Positions 22,440 through 29,829 of a stretch of DNA of 64,000 nucleotides are shown piece after piece. How positions within the stretch are numbered: the stretch's first letter is position 1; each line of letters opens with the position of its first letter. The DNA is taken from NCBI GenBank assembly GCA_963790475.1, contig CAWBOS010000010.1, positions 224,001-288,000 on the forward strand, given 5' to 3'. A program made the position numbers and the translations under genes. The notes under the pieces are model-generated. The model saw only the letters and a list, made by a program, of their open reading frames with translations, ran no database searches and was not told the DNA's origin. Source of the stretch: an uncultured delta proteobacterium. Its GTDB lineage: Bacteria; Desulfobacterota; RBG-13-43-22.

Positions 22440-22485
22440 ATTATACTAAATGTCGGTACTTACAGTCAAGTGCCGACATTTAGTA
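22440..22485 (-). promoter_or_regulatory. abiE sigma70 promoter overlapped by an 18-bp inverted repeat operator
   Basis: Minus strand TTGACT-N18-TATAAT; IR arms 22444-22461 and 22468-22485 with one mismatch. Confidence 0.8.
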
Positions 22486-22601
22486 CAGAATGATTTTTCC
22501 TTGATTTGAAGAACTTGTTGGAATTGTAAAAAAAACTCATGTGTGAGAATGTACCTATTTGTCTATTATTGTCGAGGTTTTCACACAGTATTTAAACCCC
22601 T

Positions 22602-22729
22602 TCCAGTCACCTACCCCAACATCCTAAATAATATCCTGTTCAATTTCTTGAAAATAGGCTCTATTGCTTCAAGAGGCCGTGACTGGGTATCTTATAGAAA
22701 TAGCGGTCAAAGTTGATCTCATATCCCAC
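22602..22729 (-). pseudogene. hsdM: C-terminal remnant of type I R-M methyltransferase
   Basis: Minus strand, across frameshifts: VGYEINFDRYFYK..RPLEAIE..EIEQDII.RMLG*VTG, the typical HsdM C-terminus. Confidence 0.7.
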
Positions 22730-22767
22730 GTGATGGATATGGGATAACAGATTACTAAATTTGGATT

Positions 22768-23226
22768 TTATGTTTTTAGGCGAGGATCAGGAGAATAGGG
22801 CTCAACCTCTATAATGCGAACGCCGATCATCTCCGGATGGGCCGGATTGATGAGAACGTTTTTTTCGGGAGGCATAATCACCGAGGGAAGGCGAAGGAGC
22901 AGGCTTTTTTTTGATCTGATCCAGGAGGACCCGATATCCGCAAGTTCGAGCGCTGCCGGATAAGATCGCCAGTTCCGGGGTAACTCCTCCATGGTTATCT
23001 CTTTTGCGGATGCTTTATCCGGGATCTCGATTGATGCCAGGCTAAGACCGGGGGGGATTATCGTTCGGCTCAAGTGGACGAAGAACTCAAGGGCTGCCAA
23101 GGCCCTGCTTTCGGACGCATAGAGTACGCCAATCCCCTTGGGGTTCCATCGACCTCCGTAGAGCCTTGGGCCGCTGCCTGAAAGATCACCAATGTAAGCG
23201 CTTTTTGCGATTCGAAATACGACCAT
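22768..23226 (-). CDS. RES domain toxin (NAD+ phosphorylase family)
   Basis: VFRI, SGSGPRLYGGRWNPKG, YASESRALAALE, LPSVI, NVLINPAHP. Confidence 0.93.
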   Translation of the reverse strand: MVVFRIAKSAYIGDLSGSGPRLYGGRWNPKGIGVLYASESRALAALEFFVHLSRTIIPPGLSLASIEIPDKASAKEITMEELPRNWRSYPAALELADIGSSWIRSKKSLLLRLPSVIMPPEKNVLINPAHPEMIGVRIIEVEPYSPDPRLKT

Positions 23227-23645
23227 CAGGAAATAATCCCGTACTCGATCCTCCCAAGTTCATCGAGGATCATGTCTATGCCGAAGTTGGACACCAGGAG
23301 GTCAATAGGTTTTTTGCTGGCCAGAGCTCTGTTCCGTTCTTTCAGCCAGGCGTTGAATTGTTCGCTATTTCCAAATATCTCTTCACCCCTTGATACCACC
23401 AAAGCAATCCGTAGAATCCGTTCTGAGACGGCCCGACTGAAAACCCTTTCGGCGCCGTATCTCTGGATGGTCCTCAGGTTCACGGATAGGAGTGGGGCCA
23501 TCTCCGATAGGCCGAGAGAGAGATGTTTTGCCAGACGGGATACGGCTCCCTTGGAAACCCCTTTCCCGCCCAGCTTGACCAGATCAAGTGGGCTCCTGAT
23601 CGTTTCCTTCAATCCCAGGACCTGTTTCATATTGGAAAGCTCCAT
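23226..23645 (-). CDS. Xre/MbcA/ParS antitoxin (DUF2384)
   Basis: HTH VNLRTIQRY; C-terminal WLKERNRAL...PIDLL...GIDMILDELGRIEYG; 1-nt overlap with the toxin. Confidence 0.92.
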   Translation of the reverse strand: MELSNMKQVLGLKETIRSPLDLVKLGGKGVSKGAVSRLAKHLSLGLSEMAPLLSVNLRTIQRYGAERVFSRAVSERILRIALVVSRGEEIFGNSEQFNAWLKERNRALASKKPIDLLVSNFGIDMILDELGRIEYGIIS

Positions 23646-23665
23646 CTTTCTTCCTTTCGTTGGGA

Positions 23666-23709
23666 TGACATTTGTCCATTATAATAGCGCCAATTGACGT
23701 TTATGTCAA
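23666..23709 (-). promoter_or_regulatory. xre-res promoter with TGAC/GTCA dyads
   Basis: Minus strand TTGACA-N17-TATTAT; dyads TTGACGTTTATGTCAA and TGACATTTGTCC overlap it. Confidence 0.6.
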
Positions 23710-23860
23710 GAAGGGAAGGGAAAGAAATATTTTATAAATTTTCCTTGACCCCCGGAGGACCCTGTTTTATGCTCACCCCTACCAGACTGATTGGAATATA
23801 ATAGAACGATATCAAATAATTCGAGAAGCGGTATTAATTTAGCTTCAGGGAACAATCGCT

Positions 23861-24050
23861 TTCACCGCAGAGGCGCAGAGGACGCAAAGAAGAAAATTTC
23901 TCCATTGCAGGTGAGATGCCTGCAATGGAGAAGCTCCGCTGCTCATCGGGCAATGATTTGACCGGAGGCCAGATCGGGTTTGAACAATCACGCCACTCAC
24001 GGGATTGTTCAAAAAAAATCTCTCTGCGTTCTTTGCGTCTCGGCGGTGAA
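23861..24050. repeat. 190-bp palindromic MITE/REP-like element
   Basis: Ends TTCACCGCAGAGGCGCAGAGGACGCAAAGA and TCTCTGCGTTCTTTGCGTCTCGGCGGTGAA are imperfect inverted repeats; internal perfect 14-bp hairpin 23898-23932. Confidence 0.7.
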
Positions 24051-24091
24051 TACACTTTTTTCAAACACCTAAAATGGAATGAGGAGTTGAG

Positions 24092-24857
24092 ATGATCAAG
24101 GTTGGAATTATCGGCGGATCGGGACTGGATGATCCAAAAATTTTAAAAAATGCCGCAGAGATCATGGTCAGATACCCCCTACGGGTCTCCGACCTCCGGA
24201 TTGACTTGCGGGACCATCGAAGGGGTGGATACCGTGATCATCGCCCGCCATGGGAAGAACCACAGCATCTTTCCCAGTAAGGTCAATTTTCGGGCCAACA
24301 TTTGGGCCTTGAAAGAACAGGGCTGTACCCATATCCTGGCCTCCACCGCCGTCGGCTCTCTGCGGGAAGAAATCGCTCCGGGCCATCTGGTCTTCCCCGG
24401 CCAGTTTATCGATTTCACCAGAAAAAGGGATACCACCTTTTTTGATGAAGATGTGGTGGTTCATACGCCCCTGGCCGAACCATTCTGCGATAATTTAATC
24501 GCTTTGATTTCCTCTTGCGCCGAGCGGTTGAGAATTCCCTATCATCGGGACAAAACGGTCATTACCATTGAAGGTCCCCGGTTTTCGACCAAGGCGGAAA
24601 GCCGCATGTTCAGAAGCTGGCAGGCGGACGTCATCAACATGAGCACGGTCCCGGAAGTCATTCTGGCCAGAGAGAAGCATATCCATTATGCCGTCATCGC
24701 CATGTCCACGGATTATGACTGTTGGCATGAGGAAGAGGAGCCGGTTACCTGGGAAATGATCGTCAACACCATGAAGAAAAACGCCGCTAATGTCATTAAT
24801 CTCTTTATGGAGGCCATCCCGAAAATCCAGGAATATGATGATATCTGTTTAAAATAG
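24092..24857 (+). CDS. mtnP: S-methyl-5'-thioadenosine phosphorylase, +1 frameshift near 24170
   Basis: KVGIIGGSG then DTPYG, ARHG, VNFRANIWALK, EGPRFSTKAES, INMSTVPE, TDYDCW. Confidence 0.9.
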
Positions 24858-24907
24858 CCAGGACCTTTGAAAATTGAACATTTTTCAATGCTCGGATAAA
24901 GGAGAAA

Positions 24908-25447
24908 ATGGTTATGACCATTAAATCAAGAATCAGAACCATCCCGGATCATCCCAAGAAAGGCGTCATGTTCCGGGATATCACCACCCTTCTTAAGGAT
25001 CCGGTCGGCTTCAGGCTGGTGATTGACAATCTGACCCAGCGCTATATCAAAGGGGATATCCTCTTTGATATCATCGTCGGGATAGAGGCCAGAGGCTTTA
25101 TTATCGGAGGGGCCTTGTCCTATACCCTGGGAAAGGGATTTATTCCCATCCGAAAAGTGGGCAAGCTTCCGGCCGAAGTGGTCAGCCACGAGTATGACCT
25201 CGAATACGGCACCGATACCATTGAGATGCACAAAGATTCCATCAGCAAAGGGACCAGAGTCCTCATCATAGACGACTTGTTGGCCACGGGGGGTACGGCC
25301 CTGGCCGCGGCCACTCTGGTTGAAAAGCTGGGCGGGAAGGTGATTGAAATGGCTTTTATCGTTAATCTCCCGGATGTGGGGGGAGAGGAGCTATTAAAGA
25401 AAAAGGGATATTCGGTTTATTGTCTGACGGAATTTGAAGGAGATTAG
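24908..25447 (+). CDS. apt: Adenine phosphoribosyltransferase
   Basis: PKKGVMFRDITTLL, EARGF, LEYG, IIDDLLATGGT. Confidence 0.96.
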   Translation: MVMTIKSRIRTIPDHPKKGVMFRDITTLLKDPVGFRLVIDNLTQRYIKGDILFDIIVGIEARGFIIGGALSYTLGKGFIPIRKVGKLPAEVVSHEYDLEYGTDTIEMHKDSISKGTRVLIIDDLLATGGTALAAATLVEKLGGKVIEMAFIVNLPDVGGEELLKKKGYSVYCLTEFEGD

Positions 25448-25465
25448 ATTCCTTCACTATTGTCC

Positions 25466-25537
25466 GTTACGGGTCACGGGTTGCAGGTTAAAAAGGCCGA
25501 ACTTTTTTCGATAACTCGCAACTCGATAACTTGCAAT
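25466..25537. repeat. Inverted arrays of degenerate heptamers between convergent apt and mtaD
   Basis: GTTACGG GTCACGG GTTGCAG ... AACTCGC AACTCGAT AACTTGC. Confidence 0.55.
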
Positions 25538-25574
25538 TCACAACAGAAAAATTTCAAATAAGTTTGGTTAGAAT

Positions 25575-26906
25575 TTATTCTCCGGAGATAATCCTGCGGC
25601 TGATTCGACGCACCCGATCCATAGCCTCATCCATATCAAAGGTCAGGATCTTGCGGTCTTCCATCACCATCCGGCCCTCAATCATCACCGAATGGACGTC
25701 GGACCCTTGGGCGGCATAGACCATAAGGGAAAAGGGATCGTAACAGGGTACGAGGTGGGGACGATTCAGGTCAAGGAAGATCATATCGGCCTTTTTGCCG
25801 ATCTCCAATGAACCGGTTTCCTTTTCCAGACCCAAGACCCGGGCCCCTTCGATAGTGGCCATGCGCAACACCGTCCGAGCGTTCATGACCGTAGGTTGGA
25901 GATAGCGGACCTTTCCCAATTTGGCCGCGGTATCCATCTCTTTAAGTAAGTCCAGGTCATTATTACTGGCACAGCCGTCAGTCCCCAATCCGACTAATAC
26001 CCCTTTTTCCAACATCTCGACCACTGGGGCGATTCCGGAAGCCAGTTTCATATTGCTCTCCGGGCAATGGGCCACCCCGGTCCGGGTTTGGGCCAGGAGT
26101 TCAATCTCTTCCGAATCTACATGAATGGCATGGACGACCACAGTTTGGGGATCCAGAACCTCCAGGTTGTCCAAGTAGTGAATGGGGGTCTTCCCGTAAC
26201 GGGATTTTATCAAGGCCCTTTCTTCCCGGGTTTCAGCAGCATGAATAAAGAAAAAAACCTGTTTTCTTCGACATATTTCTTTGGCGGATTTTATCGTTTC
26301 CGGTGAGCAGACATAAGGGGAATGGCAGAAAATTCCCGGTCTGATACGCGAAGTAAAACCAGCCCATTTTTCAACATGCCGTTGGGCGGTGGAGATATTT
26401 TGGGCCGGATCCGGAATCCCGGGTGCGGGGAAATCAACCACTCCCTGACATAAAAGGCCCCGCATCCCTGATTGGTCAACGGCTTTAACCACCCCGTCCA
26501 TACAAAAATATCCGTCGGCAAAGGTGGTTGTTCCGGAAAGGATCATCTCAGCACAGGCCAGCAAGGTTCCCCAATAGACTGAGTCGGGGTTAACAAAACG
26601 GCTCTCAGCCGGGAAAATAATTTCCTCAAGCCAGGTTTTCAAAGGCAGGTCATCGGCCAGACCGCGGAAGAGGGTCATGGCCGCGTGGGTATGGGTATTG
26701 ATCAGTCCGGGCAGGACGGCGCCTCCTCGAACATCTATGATTTTCCGGGCATCGGCTTCCAAGGCGTGCAATTGTTTTTCCGGGCCAACGGCAATAATGG
26801 TATCTCCTTTTATGGCCAGTGCTCCGGGTTGGTGGATTTCCATGGCCGGATTCATGGTCAGGATCATTCCATTCTTAATATATAGATCTGGAGAGTTGTT
26901 GGACAT
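25575..26906 (-). CDS. mtaD: MTA/SAH deaminase family amidohydrolase
   Basis: PGLINTHTHAAMTLFRGLADDLPL, HAAET, HCPESNMKLASG, GTDGCASNNDLD. Confidence 0.85.
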   Translation of the reverse strand: MSNNSPDLYIKNGMILTMNPAMEIHQPGALAIKGDTIIAVGPEKQLHALEADARKIIDVRGGAVLPGLINTHTHAAMTLFRGLADDLPLKTWLEEIIFPAESRFVNPDSVYWGTLLACAEMILSGTTTFADGYFCMDGVVKAVDQSGMRGLLCQGVVDFPAPGIPDPAQNISTAQRHVEKWAGFTSRIRPGIFCHSPYVCSPETIKSAKEICRRKQVFFFIHAAETREERALIKSRYGKTPIHYLDNLEVLDPQTVVVHAIHVDSEEIELLAQTRTGVAHCPESNMKLASGIAPVVEMLEKGVLVGLGTDGCASNNDLDLLKEMDTAAKLGKVRYLQPTVMNARTVLRMATIEGARVLGLEKETGSLEIGKKADMIFLDLNRPHLVPCYDPFSLMVYAAQGSDVHSVMIEGRMVMEDRKILTFDMDEAMDRVRRISRRIISGE

Positions 26907-26923
26907 GATTAGACCAGTTTAAT

Positions 26924-28192
26924 TTATTTTTCTAAAGAGATCTTTGAAATGACCCCTTCGACCAGGGCCATAAGTTTCGGCTCCGTTTTTTGGGCGGTTT
27001 CAATGACGGATTCCATCGTGATCGGTTCCATACAGTCCGGTCGATTAACATTGGTGATTACCGAAAATCCCAATAGGCGCATTCCAACCTGGACCGCTGT
27101 GATTACTTCCATGATGGTGGACATGCCGACGGCCTGTGCCCCCATTGCTATTAGAAATCGGGTTTCAGCCGGGGTCTCCAGGGTCGGTCCTTTGAGGCCC
27201 ACATAGACCCCTTGGCGCAAAGGGATCTTCTGCTCTTCGGCTACCTTTTTGGCCAGGGCACTCAGCTCTCGATCATACACTCGAGACATGTCGGGAAAGC
27301 GGGGGCCCCAGAGTTCCAAGTGGGGACCGACCAGGGGATTTTCGCCGGTAAAATTGATCTGATCGGTGATCAACATGACATCGCCTGGTTCAAAAAGAGG
27401 ATCCAGCCCTCCGGCGGCGTTGGAGACGATCAATGTCCTGATTCCCAGGGCGGATAAGACCCGAATGGGGAAAGCGATTTGCCGGGCCGTATATCCTTCA
27501 TAAAGGTGGAAACGCCCCTGCAAAACCAACACCTTTTTACCACCCAGCAGGCCCCAGGTCAGGTTCCCCGGATGTGATTCCACTGTAGAATGAGGAAAGA
27601 AGGGGAGTTCTTGATAAGAAATAGAAGAAGAATCCTCCAGATGGTCGGCCAACCCTCCCAGACCTGTCCCCAACACTATACCTATACGGGTATCGGCCGG
27701 AATCCGCTCTTGGAGAAGACCAAGGACCCCTTGTATATTTTGTTCCGTTTCTTCCGTTCTTTTTCCCATGGCTTTCCCAATTTCCTGTTCCCTGAAATAG
27801 TCATTAAGGATCAGGTGGTGATCAAAGGCCAGGGAGGAGGGCAGGGTGAAGCGGTCAAATGTTCCGATCCCCTCGGCATCATCGGCGGCGACGGGAAGGC
27901 CTTGGGCCCGGGCGATAAACACCGTGGTGATCGTGTGACGGCGAGGGTCTCGATCCGGATTGGAGTAGGTGTGCAGTTGCCGAATCAGACTGACCTCAAG
28001 CGAGGTTTCTTCCCTGGCCTCCCGGACGGCCGCTTCTTCCAGGGATTCCCCATAATCCACAAATCCTCCGGGCAGGGCCCAGCCGAACGGGGGATTTTTC
28101 CTGCGGATCAAGACGATTTTTCCGTCCTTTAACTCGATGATAATATCCACTGTGGGCACAGGGTTTTTATACACGGGGGCAGGGGGGCTCAA
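26924..28192 (-). CDS. Nudix hydrolase fused in frame to purine nucleoside phosphorylase (PNP-I type)
   Basis: Nudix box [22 protein letters not shown]; then [38 protein letters not shown]. Confidence 0.85.
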   Translation of the reverse strand: MSPPAPVYKNPVPTVDIIIELKDGKIVLIRRKNPPFGWALPGGFVDYGESLEEAAVREAREETSLEVSLIRQLHTYSNPDRDPRRHTITTVFIARAQGLPVAADDAEGIGTFDRFTLPSSLAFDHHLILNDYFREQEIGKAMGKRTEETEQNIQGVLGLLQERIPADTRIGIVLGTGLGGLADHLEDSSSISYQELPFFPHSTVESHPGNLTWGLLGGKKVLVLQGRFHLYEGYTARQIAFPIRVLSALGIRTLIVSNAAGGLDPLFEPGDVMLITDQINFTGENPLVGPHLELWGPRFPDMSRVYDRELSALAKKVAEEQKIPLRQGVYVGLKGPTLETPAETRFLIAMGAQAVGMSTIMEVITAVQVGMRLLGFSVITNVNRPDCMEPITMESVIETAQKTEPKLMALVEGVISKISLEK

Positions 28193-28575
28193 GATGGCTT
28201 TCTTTCCAGCCGATACTCAGGACAGCGGCCTAAACAGGCCTCTTTTTTTAACAGGCATTGGGTTTGAAATTGATTGATGCAGGTGGGAAAACTAAGGCCC
28301 GATTCAATAAAATTCTTGCAGGATATTCGGGCCATTTCTTTTAAATTTTTGTCCACAATATAACGCTGAGCGATCCAACCGTCCCGGTCATGGATGGTCA
28401 ATCCGAATCGTTCCAGCCGCTTAAGCCGATCCAGAGTTTGATGTCCCATCCGTTGTCTTTCGACAATGAGAATACAAAGATGTTCCTCGGCCGGTGGAAA
28501 GATTTCAGGTTTGACACAACGTCCCCGTTTGAAATATTGACATCTCTTACCTGAAAGTTTTCGGACCGTGGCCAT
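28189..28575 (-). CDS. Cys-rich hypothetical protein
   Basis: 128 aa from MATVRK with eight Cys; overlaps the Nudix-PNP start by 4 nt. Confidence 0.6.
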   Translation of the reverse strand: MATVRKLSGKRCQYFKRGRCVKPEIFPPAEEHLCILIVERQRMGHQTLDRLKRLERFGLTIHDRDGWIAQRYIVDKNLKEMARISCKNFIESGLSFPTCINQFQTQCLLKKEACLGRCPEYRLERKPS

Positions 28576-28625
28576 ACTCAATTGCGGATTTTGGATTGAT
28601 GATTGCGGAATCAAAGGCTTCGCTA

Positions 28626-29063
28626 TTAATTCTTTGATAAAACCTTTATAGGATCCCCGGGCTTTACCTGGCCGCCTCGAAGGATACGGACAAAAATTCC
28701 TTCTCTGGGCATGACGCAATCCCCGGCCAGACGATAGATAGCGCAATGGTCGTGACAGACCTTGCCGATCTGGGTAACCTCCACCAGGGCCTCCGGTCCC
28801 AGGCTTAGACGGCTGCCTATGGGAAGTTCGGGCAGCACAATACCCTCGGTAGTTATGTTTTCAGCAAAAGAACCGGGATGGACCTTCAGTCCCAGGTCCT
28901 GCATTTTTTTTATGCTCTCCATCGCTAAAAGGCTGAGCTGGCGATGCCAAGGTCCTCCATGCGCGTCCCCGGCCAGGCCGAATTCCTCAACCAACACCCC
29001 TTCAGGGATATTTTTTTTGGGGACCCCTTTTTGATCACTGATGGAAACGGCGACTATCTTCAT
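28626..29063 (-). CDS. MOSC domain protein
   Basis: GLAGDAHGGPWHRQLSLL, GSFAENIT, VTQIGKVCH, CVMPREGIF. Confidence 0.92.
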   Translation of the reverse strand: MKIVAVSISDQKGVPKKNIPEGVLVEEFGLAGDAHGGPWHRQLSLLAMESIKKMQDLGLKVHPGSFAENITTEGIVLPELPIGSRLSLGPEALVEVTQIGKVCHDHCAIYRLAGDCVMPREGIFVRILRGGQVKPGDPIKVLSKN

Positions 29064-29103
29064 GGTAAATCCTTTAAAAGGGTTCATGGAGTTAAGGGGG
29101 GCA

Positions 29104-29170
29104 AGGGTTCAAGTGCAAAGCGTGGAAATTATAACCCTTGAACCCTTGAATCCTGGAATCCTCGAACCCT
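29104..29170. repeat. Degenerate octamer tandem repeat with an inverted copy
   Basis: AGGGTTCAAG ... CTTGAACC CTTGAATC CTGGAATC CTCGAACC. Confidence 0.6.
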
Positions 29171-29176
29171 GTTTTT

Positions 29177-29443
29177 TTAAATTTTCTCCCGCCAAAGTTC
29201 GAAGACCACGACGTTATCCGGGTCAGGGCATGAGATTTGGAGTCGGTCGGGATCCTTGGACCAGGGAAATCGGCCGCCAAATTTAAGGGTGGTGAAAAAA
29301 GGGAAAATACTATTTAAGGCCCACTGGCAGATGGAAGAACCCATTTCCGAAAATTCAAAGATTTCCCCCACCTGATGCCCGTAGGAACAGATGCCTGTCC
29401 CTCTGATCTCCACAATTTTTCCCATGACCTGGTATTCGTCCAT
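29177..29443 (-). CDS. TIGR04076 family protein
   Basis: GICSYGHQVGEIF, CQWALNSIFP, ISCPDPDNVVVFEL. Confidence 0.85.
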   Translation of the reverse strand: MDEYQVMGKIVEIRGTGICSYGHQVGEIFEFSEMGSSICQWALNSIFPFFTTLKFGGRFPWSKDPDRLQISCPDPDNVVVFELWREKI

Positions 29444-29669
29444 GTCTCACCGTATAGGCGTTTCCTGCCAAAGGCAGGATCCGTCCTTCGAGAAAATTGT
29501 AGGGGAGAAACCGGAATTGGTCAAGTGAATTTATGGGATCGTGAAGGCTTCTTGGACTATGCCTGCGCCGGCTGTAACAGGAAAACTAAACTTTTTCGGC
29601 ATGACCAAACGAGGCGGGATCGGATAATTAAAATGTTTTGCGAGATCAGACGAATTCGTAAAAAAAGTC

Positions 29670-29745
29670 GTCACCCCGGCGAAAGCCGGGGTCCAGGAGG
29701 TTATAACTAATCAATAGACTGGATTCCGGCTTTGGCCGGAATGAC
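29670..29745. repeat. REP-like doublet
   Basis: GTCACCCCGGCGAAAGCCGGGGTCCAG ... CTGGATTCCGGCTTTGGCCGGAATGAC: two hairpins in inverted orientation. Confidence 0.75.
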
Positions 29746-29829
29746 TTACTGCGTATTTTGGGGGCTTAGAACCTGCTTCCTCTTTCTAGCTCCCATTCCC
29801 GGCATCCGCAGTTTTCGCAACATTCAGCA

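Noticed and set aside
23834-24064. 76-aa ORF
   Set aside because: Translation of the palindromic repeat element.
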